Assembly (NCBI RefSeq): GCF_000150275.1
Contig: NW_002060947.1
Span: 7,363,880-7,427,879, forward strand
Source: Trichoplax adhaerens
Lineage: Eukaryota > Animalia > Placozoa
Length of the DNA stretch: 64,000 nucleotides
Direction: 5' to 3'
Under the pieces are notes generated by a model. The model did no database searches. It was not told the DNA's origin and worked only from the letters and a program-made list of their open reading frames with translations. Of the stretch, positions 32,209-45,437 are shown piece after piece (the stretch's first letter is position 1; the number at the start of each line of letters is the position of its first letter). A program made the position numbers and the translations under genes.

Positions 32209-35033
32209 ATGAAAGAAAAAGAAAAAATGTACTTGCTTTACATGCTAACTTTAAATATTGTTAGTGGGGTAATTAATGCCTGCCAAACATGTAATCAACC
32301 GTTAGCTAGTTTTAGTCAGGAATATATTCCTTATTCGAGCTTGGACATTGGTCTTTCGAATGATAAAAATATCTCAATAGACTCTCAAGAATCGACATTA
32401 TTTGATGAAATTCAATCAAATAACATAAATCTACAATCTGGTTATAATGAATTAGATAATTCTATGAACCTATTTACTGAAGAATTGAAGACTAGCATAG
32501 CAAACAATGTACCATCACAGTTTTCGAATCAATATTCCGGGATTGCATATTCTATGGAAATGTTAGCCAGTAGTCCTCTTAATGAAAATACGTTAGGTAA
32601 GCCATAAATCAGTAACCAAGCTAACCGTTATTAATTATTTAATACGCTTTTGCCACGGATGATGATTTTGTTTCCTGTTACTAATCTTTTGATGGTGCTT
32701 AATACAAAATTTTATTAGATCCAGCAGAAAGTTCTTTTGTGGATTTATGGTCTACTGAAAATTTTGATGCGAGTTCCGGATTTGAGCTAGTTCATACAAT
32801 TGTAACGACACTATTTGATGATCAACAAACTGTAAGTATCGAATCTAAGCATCAAACAGTTACTGCAACACCCACGACAGAATCATTTATTCCTGAATTT
32901 ACGATCAGTGATAAAGATTCTGGTTCAAACCAATTAGAAGTAACTTCGTATCCTTATAATACATGGGATTCCATTGATGTTTATAATACTCTGTACATCA
33001 CATCTGAATTACTATTAGTAAAATCAACAGAACCATCCTCATCCACGCTTAATTCTGAGTATCTCATTTTGGAATCAATGAGCACTGATGATTTAATTAT
33101 TACTAGCACTAGTTCATCCCAGCTTGATGAGATAGACGAATCAGGAATAATAAATTTTAACAGCCATACAACATCTATGGTGATATTTACATATTCAGTA
33201 GATATATATTCTTATTCTCCATCTCATAAAACGCAAATGCTATCGAATAAAACGGTATCCAAGAACCCGGATAGTTCTTTATTCGAAGTGACATCGATTT
33301 CAAATCAATTTTCAGGTTTCAGCGGCAATTCTATTACTCCGTCAACTTATTTACAAAATACGCTCTCGACACTAGGACTGGCTTCTAGTAGTAGCTACCT
33401 ATCGGCTGTTGAAATTTCTGAGATTTCTTATTTACAATCAAGTCCGCCGGATAGCTCTTTGGAATTACTTGATACTCAAAAAACTGCAATTTATCCTGAA
33501 TTCAGTACTTCTAACGAAATGATGAGCTCTTCTAATTATCTATTTACTTCTTGTTTATCGAGATGCGATAGCCTCAGTTACACAACATCAATTTCAAGCT
33601 ATTCCATAAATTCAATCAAAGAGATTTCCTTCCAGCTAGAATCTGCAATAACTAGCAGCTATGAAAGTTCTTGCTATCCATCCTGCACGCTAAGTCAGAG
33701 TCTGCAGCTGGAAGTTACTGAGTCGAGTACATCGACTCTAAATATTAAACCAACTTCACCGTTAGCTAATGTAACATCAACCATTAATGCCATGTATCCC
33801 ATTGTAATACAAAATATAGGAGCATTAAACGCGATAGAAGGAATAGTATTTAATTTTAAATTGCCAAGTAATTCTTTTTATGATGTTACTGATGGCTTTA
33901 CACCCAATCTAAATATTCATATGATACATAGCAACGGTAATAATATCTCTGCTCATTCATGGATACAATTTAATGCAAATAGTCAAGCCCTATATGGCCT
34001 ACCGTTGCAAGCTTCTGTTGGAAGTCATTATTACAATTTCACTATCACAAATACGAAAGGTTTTACACTCCTCTATCCTATTACGATTAATGTAAGAAAG
34101 ATGTATATAAATGCAACTATCAAAGATTATTCTAGATTTATATTAGCTATTGATAAGCCTTTACAGCTATTTGCAAACGTTAGTAAAAGAATTGATTTAA
34201 TTTCGAGAATTGCGTCTTATTTTGGTGACTCAAATACAAGTTATATTACAACTTTGTCGCTTACTAATGGTTCGACAATTATAACATGGACTAATGCAAC
34301 CAATCCTCCCAAATTATGCAGCTCTTCTTTATTTGAGAGGTTGACAACGTTGCTTGTCGATGCAAATGGCAAGGCAATCAATAAATTTGTTGTAGCAATG
34401 TTGCCTGAATATCCTATTATATCAGTAGTAAGAGAGTTATCGCAATCATGCAATCAAAATTCTAATTCTTCACCATCTATCTTAACAATTGTTTTAGTTC
34501 CAACGAGTATATTACTACTAATCATAATTATTATCACTCTAATAATTGTTATGCGTAAAAGATATGGAACCAAAGAGCCTGATTTGGAGTTGCATACATT
34601 TTACAAGTCTCGTAAGCCAATGGTTATGGTTAAAGAATTAGAACCACCAATGCCTATAGCACTATCGCCTGAAAGCGACGTTAAAGATGCTATTATAATA
34701 CCTGAAAAATCTTATGTAAATGAATTCGATAAGAAAGAACCTAGTTTATCGAGTTCTGGCGGTAGCTCTTTGTCGCTTGATAGTTTGGGAACGACATCAT
34801 TTTGCCCCAAAGAACACGAGAAAGAGCTAGAATCACTATTTAGTGATGCTAATAGAACTCGAGATATATCATCTCCAGATAGCTACCATTCCTTTTTGCA
34901 ACAAAGTATGTCATTGTCTTGTTCGTTAGATCGAAGTAAAGATTATGATGACGAATTTTGCTTAGATTCTCCGTCGTTGACCTCAGGTTATAGTACTAAT
35001 AGAGATGAAGAAATGACTGAATATAATACATAG
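32209..35033 (+). CDS. Dystroglycan-like type I membrane protein (~900 aa; exons 32209-32596 and 32719-35033)
   Basis: Signal-like N-terminus, long S/T-rich mucin-like region, cadherin-like CADG domain (FKLPSNSFYDVTDG...SWIQFNANSQALYGLP), SEA module with LTNGSTIITWTN (cf. DAG1 ITRGSIVVEWTN), TM helix and basic RKR. Phase-1 intron keeps the frame. Confidence 0.85.
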
Positions 35034-35380
35034 TGATGCATTTATTGATGTGCATGACTTTGATTCTAACGTGTATTAACATAAACTTTTACAATACATT
35101 CGAACTTTATGCTATATTATTATCACAACGAATTTGAAATTTATTCATAAATCGATCACTATTATTATTGAAAACTTAGCTGCTGATGTAGTTGTCATAT
35201 TAACCTACTGTACAAGAGCGATAAGGCGTTTTGACATAGCATTTTCTGCAAGAGTTTATTTATTTTGTAATCTTTTAAAAATAGAAAAAAAGTTGCTATC
35301 TTTGCAAAGGGAGCAATAAGCCTACAACAATAATATCATTCAAATAAATTTACAAGAATTACTATAATTGATTTGTCATG

Positions 35381-38317
35381 TTATGGTGGTATTCGATCGA
35401 AAGGGTCTAGATCAGCAAAGCATGAATCAAATACTGTATCAACAGCATTTCTAGCTTCATTTTCGTCAACATCCATCACACATAAAATAGATTTTACAGC
35501 TCGATCTTTGACACATTTCTAAAATAGAAAATATTCAAGATTGGGTATATTATTGACTAAGGCACGCTTAATAGCCAACATGCAGTTATGATGCATAGTT
35601 TGCACAGTTTACTTTTATGTAAGCTGGAATGATCAAAGTGTAATAGATTACCTGCTGATGTTGTTTCAAGCCAAAGTTAAAACGAGCTAAATTTTCTTTC
35701 CAAAAGAAACAATCACCGCTAAGATTTGCGGCTCTAATCTACGGGAGACAGTAAATACAACATAAACATGAGAATAGAAATAAGCATTTCATGCTTACTT
35801 GGCCTTTAATCCAACATTTCTAGATTTTAACTATACTTTACACATGTAGGTGCTAGTCCAGATACAGTATGAAATTGAAGGCACACAAAACGTCATGATC
35901 ATAGTACAGGTCAGACAGACTATTAACTATACATACCAATACAGCATAATTTTAGCAACAGATTCTAACCTCAGAGCAAGCAAGATGATGAATATTTAGC
36001 CAGTCGACATGGGCTCTACAGTGATCATACGCATGGATTAACTCATGCGTAAGTACGTCTTTCATACATCCCGGCGAATATATAGTATTCTCGCATAAGA
36101 CTATCTAAAATATTAGCCAGCAAAAGAAAAATGGAAATGCAAGTATCTAACTGGCTCTTCAATAAAATTATCGTTAAATTCAATGAATTTGAGTAGAGCC
36201 CTATCTTAACTTAAAATGAAGCTCAATCTAGTTACTATTCTTCATTCTAGAATAGAGTGGAATCATTTACAGAATAGACTACAGATAAAATAAACTACTG
36301 TTTCTACAACAAGCTAGAATTTATCATTGCTATCGAAATAGAATTTAGCTAAATATATCGAAATTGGGACTAGCAAGATAAAATTAGTTGTAGTATCATT
36401 ATGTGATATGATATTACCTGTGAAGCTCGGCTATCGAATCCGCCAAGAACTTTGCCTGAACAAGGCTCACACACTAGTTGTTTTTCAATATTAACTTCAC
36501 TAACAACAGACAGTAAGACATAAAGTATAAACATAGTGATTGATAAAGTTAACATTACAAAGTTGTGACCTATTTCTATTACTATAGCGTTAACTATAAT
36601 AGTGTACCGGTGGAAACTTTATTAGGATAAAACTGAATTTCTCACGATGCAACATCACTCGTTGGTGATAAATTATTACATATTAGAGAATAGTATCTTT
36701 TGCATAGTAGCAATAGATCCAAAGGTTACGAAGATACTACAGTTTCTAGATGTACTTTACTGTCATTACTGCTAGAGGATCCTTGGCTGTAAATGATTAC
36801 TGCTATTGGTGATGATTTTGCTTCAATGCTATTCTAGTTATGCTATCTTTAACTTAACATTCATCTTGTCCTTAGCATCATACTATGACATGTAAGCTAA
36901 GGTTTAACGGAAATATAACTTCAATGTAGTCATGCCGTACTGTAAGCTAGGATCATTTACAGTCAGGTAAATCATTCCAATAGGAAATTATTTTTAGCAA
37001 TTGCCATTAATACGGTATTCTATGCGTGTAGTTTAGTTCTTGTCGACTTACCATCCAAGCTTCTTCATTGATTCTAGCATGAATTTAACATAGGGCGCTA
37101 AAAAAAAAATAATTCAAAAAATAAATTGTAAATCGCTATTCGAATGTGGTACTGTAGTAAGTTACTATTGATTGAAGTGGATCGCTACTGAGCTCTAGTA
37201 TGTACTGGATTTCCATAGCAGTAACGACTTTCATACTTGACAAGTAGCGAGATGTACGAGTATCAAGTACCGAGCTACAGCGCATCTACTGAATTTGTAT
37301 AATACCAATGCTTTTTATACTTGGCAGGTTGCAAGATGGCGAAAGTTAATCACTAGTTTTGATATCACGATGATCTCTACTGAGCACTAATCGTTCCTAC
37401 GCATTACTAATGCCAGACTTTTGTCGTTTACTGTATCAACTTGACAAGTAGCGAGATGTACGAGTATCAAGTTAATTGCTACCGAGCTACAGCGTATCTA
37501 CTGAATTTGTATAACACCAATGCTTTTTATACTTGGCAGGTAGGGAAATGGCGAAAGTTAATCGCTAGTTTTGATATCGCGATGATCGCTACTGAGCTCC
37601 AGTCGTTCCTACGCATTGCTATTGCAAGACTTTTGTCGCCTATTGCATCAATACTATTTGCTACTAGATAACGTCATACTACACTTAAAATACTCCAGCT
37701 TCGATCTATCTTATTCTACCCATTCATCATGGCAGACACTACAAAATTGCATGGATTTCTTCTATGTTGACATGTCGACAGCTCGTCCATCAACGTATCT
37801 TGCATGCAAGCCTATTAGCCTATTCCATCATGATTACGTGGGATGCAAAAGGGACATTTCTCAACACCTTATGCAAGTTATGCTATACAGATGGCTTCAA
37901 GAGTAATTTAGATCATAAGAAACTGTACTATACTTTAGTCTATTCTAAGTGTAAAGCTTTAGATCATAAGAAACTGTACTATACTTTAGTCTTTTATAAG
38001 TGTAAAGCAGTGGCCAAGAGCCATTCTATCTTGCTTCAATGGACCTAGCAAGTCCTGTGGTCTACCGTAGTTGAATTCATTCATCAAGTTGACGACACGA
38101 GGTTATAGCAAAGCTGGCCATGTTAGCCTACTACCAACTTTGCAATCCATCGGTACAATCGTCATTATCATTCATCAACATAGCAAATGGACTTACATCG
38201 TATGGCATAATTTTTCCACTTCTCGCACACAACATGGTACTTATTATCGCTGCCAAAAGGGCCATGTCGAGCAGGATAATTGATTCTTTCTGCTTCGGAG
38301 CTTTCTTGCTCAGCCAT
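35381..38317 (-). CDS. ATP23: Mitochondrial inner membrane metalloprotease ATP23 (peptidase M76)
   Basis: Exon 1 (38197-38317) MAEQ...[10 protein letters not shown], then [46 protein letters not shown] (HExxH), [16 protein letters not shown] and [15 protein letters not shown]. Confidence 0.95.
37236..37650. repeat. ~204-bp tandem duplication in ATP23 intron 1
   Basis: CTTGACAAGTAGCGAGATGTACGAGTATCAAG... starts at 37236 and 37440, with high identity along the unit. Confidence 0.9.
37907..38008. repeat. 51-bp tandem duplication in ATP23 intron 1
   Basis: TTTAGATCATAAGAAACTGTACTATACTTTAGTC...TAAGTGTAAAGC x2. Confidence 0.92.
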
Positions 38318-38519
38318 TTGGATATGCCACTATTTCTTCACGGATCACTCAATACAGTCTACCCACTCTGAGATGCATCACGTCCACTAGTTTTTATATA
38401 CGTTAACGTCCAGTACGCTTCTACAGTACTAAACCAGTAAGGCAACGATCATGTCCAAATCGGGCTGCAGCGATACTCCAATTGTATGACGTTATTACTG
38501 GCGTGATTGCGTTATGCTG

Positions 38520-38863
38520 CACTGATTACAGACTACAGGACGGCATTACGGTACAGGACGGTATTACGGTAGGTTCTTACGGTACAGTACGGTATTACGG
38601 TACTGTACGGTACAGTACAGTACTGTAACGCACTCTACAGTACAATGAATTGTAAAGTCCAATTCCACTTAGTACTGTAGCGTCATGGTATTTTAGCTAG
38701 AATTTCAACATATAAATTGATTTTTTTAAAACATTTTTTATTACGATATTTGAATTTTTAAACATTGAAGCTATCAAATGATACAAGATTTGTCTAATAA
38801 GGACTTGAAATTATAATTTCATATAATTTCAAACAGTGGGAAAGACTTATGAGACACCCTGTA
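38520..38863. mobile_element. TACGG/TACAG minisatellite followed by a truncated Tc1/mariner-like end
   Basis: GGTATTACGGTACAGTAC-type repeats at 38525-38645. On the - strand, 38863 downward reads TA-CAGGGTGTCTCATAAGTCTTTCC, a mariner-like terminus next to TA; no partner TIR found. Confidence 0.4.
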
Positions 38864-40001
38864 CTCTACTGACTGTGTAAACTCGTAGAAGACCTGGACC
38901 GATCACTCTCAGATGGGCAGACATTTTCGGCTTCATCTCTTTAAAACATGGTGTCAAATATGACGCTAAATCTTATTATCTGCTGCTCAGTTCCGCTTGG
39001 AGACAGTTATATAAGATCATCGATGTTATTAGTTCTATCGGTGGTTTAGAAAACAGACGCGGAAGATCCATACTAAGTAGCCATTTTTGGATCATGAAGG
39101 CCTTATTGGATAAGTAAAGTCCATCTGTCCGAAGGAGTGATCAGTCCAAGACTCATTCAACAATCAAAGTTGTTTTGCGTTGAAATTCCTGTATAGTATT
39201 AATATTAAAGTATGGATATACATTTTATATACGTAGATATAGATGAAATGATGGATCAACATAGATATTCGAATCCTACAGTATGAAGTTATTTTTGACT
39301 GTAGAATTTCTAAATCGTGTTGGTCTGAAATGACTAGCAAAATAATAAGTCGATTGCCGGACCATTTCCTATCCCTTTCATTCATTTTTAGTAGTCCATG
39401 TAACTGTAGCAAATGGAATATGCTACCAACGAACTAGGACTTTTTGAAAGAGAATTTCTTATGTAGAACAAGGATTCCTTTTTCACATCAATTGACTTTC
39501 ATAGATCAATCCTTTTTGGACGCAAAATACCGCCTACATTCAGTTTCAATGACATTCGAAATTTTAAACTCCAAATAAAACCAGAAAAGACCGACAACTG
39601 TGCGGTCTATCTTGCTTTAAATCGGGTCTATACTGTATCTTTATTACTCTCGATTAATCATCGATAATAAATTAATTTACAGGTAGAGAGATCAAACGAG
39701 AAGCGTCTAGCTTGCATTCCAACAAGACTTGATCATAATGTCTATTACCCAAGTTGGATCACTGAGGATCAATTCATTTAGAATAATAACCAAACAGTAA
39801 AAAATAATAAATAAAAAATGGCCATTGAAAGTAAAAGAGTCAAATTTGATCAATCATGTACAAAATTAGAATATCGCTGTAGTATAACACACAATAGGTG
39901 ATCATTTTATCTTGTTTTCATAGACATCGGTAGATGGCCTATCACATAAACGATAATTTTAAATCCAGATATACATGAATAATAACGTCCATTATAAATA
40001 A

Positions 40002-43000
40002 TTAGGTATATTCAGAATCGTTCATAATTTGAGCAGAGTACGGTGTGTAAGCTCTTTCTAATTCATTTCGTCTTAGTAAGAGACCCTGAAAGGATGATAA
40101 TAAAAAAGAGTCCATTTTCGTTAGTAAGAAATAGATAACAGTTTCTAGACTGCATGCATAATCTCGTTTCCAATCCAGTATCTTCTACTTTACCTTACGC
40201 AAAGTTGCTAATTGGTCTAAAATTTCATCTTGCGGTAGATCATTGGATACAGTAGGTATAGATACAATAGGTTTACTTGGAGATGGGGTTGGATCTCGTT
40301 TTATCATAACTTGCCGCCCTAGATCTTGAATCTAGCGTACAGCATAATAAGAAGGTATAATAAATAATATGATTCGCGTACTAGGCAAAGACCGCAGATA
40401 GCTGAATTATAATAATAGCTATTTTATCATACTTTATGCAGTAATAAGATACGGTATAAGTTAATTTCATAGGCAATATGTTACTGATATCCATAGATTT
40501 ATTCATTTCAGTCATAACGTATAGTTAAGCTATTTCTGCCGTACCTGCTCTTTCAATTTGCGAACTTCCGCTTCTAATTCGTAATTTACTAATCTCATGG
40601 CAAGAACCTCATTGGAGGGTATAGGTGATGTTGTCTATGACGATAAACATAAATAATTGTATGATCATTATGGAATAGATTTTGCTGCTGATAGGAATAT
40701 TTAGCAATATAACAGATACTGATCTCCTATCTTCAACATTATCAACAGTATTTACTCATTAAATTAACGCTTACCATAATAGGTGCAATTTCAGATCGGC
40801 TTTTTAATTCTTTCATTCCTCTATGGTTTTGAACGACATAATTTCTCTGAGATTTCAATTCCGGTTCAGGAGTGTACATTTCTTCTGCTGGATCACGATC
40901 ATACTCTACTGTTGGGCTAGGATCCGATTTTGGGCTATTAATCAATCTGATGGAAGGCTTATTATTTCTTTCAGTTCTTTCTCGTTTGTCCCCATTCGGT
41001 TTATTAGTTTTACTTTGTATACTTTTATGGGTTTTATTTTTATCATTCTGTAAGCCATTACGTCGAGCTGTAGCATTAACTTTGTCCTGTGTCTTCACTG
41101 CTCTCGACTTTGTAATTTTACTATAATTATGACTTCCTTTGGCTTCATTTTTATCGTGACTACGAGAATCTGACTTATTTCCTTTACCCTTTTCGCGGAT
41201 ATCGTTGTCCACTGATTTCCTGATCTTATTTGAAGTTCTAGCGATGGCTTGTGGGCTAGTATACTCTTCTCCAGTATCCTCTCGACTGCCGTAATCTCTA
41301 CAAGGGTGTATATTCCAGTTAAACTCATTTTCAATGTAATTCTAACTATAACATGATCGAAACAAGCATCAGCTTAATTAACATTCATAAGCTTATCTAG
41401 AAATAATTTCCAATTGATAATTTTAATTTACCAAAATCTGAAGCATCTCCATGATATGCTCAATTAAGTTAAATTTTGAACTCTATACGATGATAGATAG
41501 GAGTTTACAGTATCGATATACCTAAAATGGTCATATTGGCTTTGTTGAGGAGTTATCTCTTCTTCTTTTAATCGTTCTTCTTCTTCTTCTGCCAATTGTT
41601 CAATAGGAACAGGAATAGCATGACTACTTGAATCTAATAGTAAGCCTTCCTTCTTTCGACGAGGACTTTGTAGTTGAATGTCATCAGGATCAGAAGCATT
41701 TTGCATTACAGCTGGATCATTCGTCGGTTCAGGGATTTCTACTCTCTCCAATACGGGTACCATAGGTTTATTATAACGAGATTCCATCGGCTTTTCTCTA
41801 GCATGGCCACCTGTTGTAGTAGTTGAGGACGAAATTAACATCAATAAGTTAACATAACAGAATTCTAAAAGCTTCTATTCCTCATATGTTTACTGTATAA
41901 TTATTCCATAAACAGTTTCTGAATATCGAGTTCGTGGCTTTTAAACATTAAAATCAAAAAGGCAACTATTTAACTACGAGATAGCGGACGGTAATTAAGG
42001 CAATAGTGATTGAACTGTCTAATAATGCTAAGATAGCTACATCTTGTAGTATTGAATTTGTAAGATGATATTATAGACGCTGTTAGCGGCCTGCTATAAA
42101 ATAGGGAATAACAACAAGGTATCAAACACATTCATTTACTGACCTTCTCTTCCGTATAAATTGGAAACGTCATGTCCATGTTTCTTAAGTTTTCTCATTA
42201 GCTTCTCCTTTTTAGCCTAAGACAGTAACCATTGTAATACAGAATTCATCAATAGTGCTTAATAAATTTTAGTACTGAGATACAGGTAGCTCAACTTGGC
42301 AATTAATTAAAGTTATCGTAAGCTGGTGCTTAGATTTTCAATCATGGAATTAAAATTCACCAATTTCGCGGCTTCCTGAGCTTCTAAAATCTTTTGATAT
42401 GTATTATCAACGTTATTGTTGCCTTTCCTCTTCTGTAATTGGAGTGGTGAGCACTTTGTTAATACATGTATTATAGAAATAAATCTTGATGTAGATTTTA
42501 AAAATATTTTACCTGCTTTAATTCTGAGATCAGCATTTCTTGTTGATCATCAGGAACTGCTTGATCTACCGTACTAGTATTGGATTCCAATCGTTGAATT
42601 TCTAAATTCTCTTCACGAAGAAGTTTATCTTGTTCTTGCTGCTTTATTCGTTGTTTTTCCTCCATTTGTTGTTTATTATAAAGCTACAATAGATAGAAAG
42701 AGATGATTGATACTTCTATAACTGTATTGTTTAAGCAACTGGACATAAATCATGTTTCGTATTTATTAAATAAATACAATGTATGTGCAAGGAACAGATG
42801 GTATGGTTGGGTAACAATGTGTATGTTTCTACACCCTATTTACTCAAAATTAATATCCCGATTCCGCTCATTTATGATCCTTTTTCATATCGTAAATTTA
42901 TCGTCTTTTCTAATTTTGACAATAAAATATAATTTGATTATTTACTTGATTTTGCATTTCTCGGTTTCTTTTTGCTTCAAGCTCTTTCTGAGTTTGAGAA

Positions 43001-45437
43001 TCTAAAGCAAACCCTCTGCCTCTTAAATAAGACCTATTGGTAAATTTAATAGATTATATAAATTATTCAGTGATACTTAGTCTCAGTTTATCTATCATAC
43101 AATAATTAAAACTTTGAGTTTTACAATCATTCTGAATAAATCAATGTTATAGCATACTTGTTTTCATCTTCTTCTTTATTTGCAACGGGTGAAATTTGCT
43201 GTTGGTTCTGAATTAGTAAATTACTCGGTTCTTGCGCCTATATGATAACATCATATTTACTTAATGTCCTCTATTACGTACACTGCTTATAAATCACTGC
43301 AAGATTAAGGAATTTATTTACTATCTCCAAATTGGCTGCATTAATTATTGCTCATTAACACGAAGATTATTCTTTATATCATTCTATATATATATATGCA
43401 TTTTTCAAATCGTTTCGTTTCTAACCTCCGAAGAAAATTTACTAGTTTTTTTACGTTGCTGCTTGGATTGAATTTGTTGTTCTAATCAGTTAAAAGGTAA
43501 ATTTATCAATTTATGATGATAGAAACATTTATGAATTAGAATCTAAGAGAAATTATGTACGCTATGTAGTTGTTTCCGACCTAAATCTGCTAGCCATCGG
43601 CGCTTTTCTTGCTCTTTTACTTGATCAACCCAATTTGATGGAGCAACTTCCTATTAGAAATATTGAATTTTTTTATTTCTGAAAGTTTATCGACACATTC
43701 AATTTCTAGTAATTTATTACGTATACCAGACAGTAGATACTTCCTTTTAATTTGCAGTCTTTCTATAACATTAAGGTCTCTCAAACTCACCCCTATAATC
43801 ATGGATGATCTCATGGCTGGTGGCAAATTATCATTAAAATTAGTCGTTGGGGATAGAGCTAAGATCAAATATCATTTTTAAAGTACAGGTTATAAAAGCA
43901 AAATTTAGATATGCAGTAATTTATTGATATGTCAAGATGACTTATACGAAAACAAGATAGCATTGAGCTAAAATTGAAACCCATAGTAACGAAATTCTAA
44001 CATTGAATATATTCATAACTATTATTCAAAATACTATAATTTAGAAATTACAGGTTTTGTTTTGATCCATATGAATAGATAATCGACTTTCGGTATTTAA
44101 TGTATTTTCTTGCCTCGGTAAAGAATCAGTCTGTGTGGGCTGCAAAATGTAATTATATAATTAATAAATATTGCCAGTAGATAACGAGAGGCAGGAATGG
44201 GCAGGCATCTATACTAGTAAGTACCATCTCTAAGCTTTCATTTAATTTTCTCCTTCTATAATCATGAACAATTTGTCGGTTATCATCTACTATTGGTGCA
44301 CCACATCCTGGCCTTCCCCATGGATTATAATATTCTTCTACATCGTCTTTACGCTATAGTTAAGTAAAAGATAACGTTGTACGTTTGTAATCTAGTTGCC
44401 TATGAGATATGCTGTAAGTGAAGCGGAATTATGCTTGGAGAAATATTTTATTTCATGAGAAAGCAAAATTGACGTAAATTTGACATACATTCTTGATCGC
44501 ATCTTTCATTTTCTTTCTTTCCTGTACCTGTTTAGCTGTTAAAACAAGTGGGTTTATTAGTATTATTAAGTAGTGTCTAATTATCAATATATTGCTGAGC
44601 TAAATCATTTTTACCCAAGTCTTGTTTCCATTTTTCATTTAGACGTTGCTCAACTACAATTCGATTACTCGATGACTGTTCATGTGTATGCATCTTAATA
44701 CTTTTAAGTAAATCATCATCATTTAGAAGATTACTTTGTGGTTCTTCCAGCCTTTCAACGATATTTGGAGCCGATGTAGGTTCTGATATTTTCTTCTCGG
44801 GTATAGTTGATTCTAACAATTCTTGATTTGTTGCATGATCATAAGTCTGTAACGGTGCTGTCGATAGTCCTACATCTCCTGCTGTCGTTATGTGCTCATT
44901 TTTTATAGTTTGTGCAGGCTTTATTGCTGTTTTAGATCCACTCTTTGATGAGTTAATCCTACTTTTAATAGCATCATCTGGCTTTGGCCTAGGCCTACCG
45001 GATTTATCTTGATTAGCTAATTTAGGCTTTGAATTCTTTACAGGTTGTGATGTTTTCAAGACCTTGGCACTCTTATTCGGAACAGAGCTATTAGTATTAC
45101 TGCGTTGAGGCTTAGTTTGTTTCGTTGTATTTGTCTAATCAAATAAATAAATGAACATATTAAGAAAGTATTCGGACAATTTTTACTGACTGTTTTTCTA
45201 TATGTAGTACCTACCGATGCTTTCTTTGGTTTACCAATAGATACCGTTCTGTCTATAATTTTTTGAGATAAACTCTTGTAAGTGTTAACAGATCCCTTTA
45301 GTAGAAGTAATCACGAAAGAAACTTACCTGACCCGATTACAATTTCTTTGCCTCCAGATTTTAATGATATTGGAAACTGAACTCTTCTACCACTTGGTAA
45401 AATAACATTTTTAGTACTTATACGAAACTGATTTACC
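40002..45437 (-). CDS. CCDC66: CCDC66-like centriolar/ciliary coiled-coil protein (multi-exon; start codon not located)
   Basis: WKQDL.KQVQERKK, QQMEEKQRIKQQEQDKLLREE, ILEAQEAAKLAKKEKLMRKLKKHGHDVSNL (cf. CCDC66 AQELAQRLKQEQRIRELAQKGHDTS) and C-terminal QDEILDQLATLRKGLLLRRNELE; also a YNPWGRPGCGAP motif reminiscent of CSPP1. Confidence 0.7.

Noticed and set aside
37907-38008. CRISPR-like repeat
   Set aside because: Two abutting copies with no spacers, in a eukaryotic intron with no cas genes
37441-38371. Cluster of + strand ORFs
   Set aside because: They lie in ATP23 intron 1 repeats or antisense to its exon 1; no recognisable protein features
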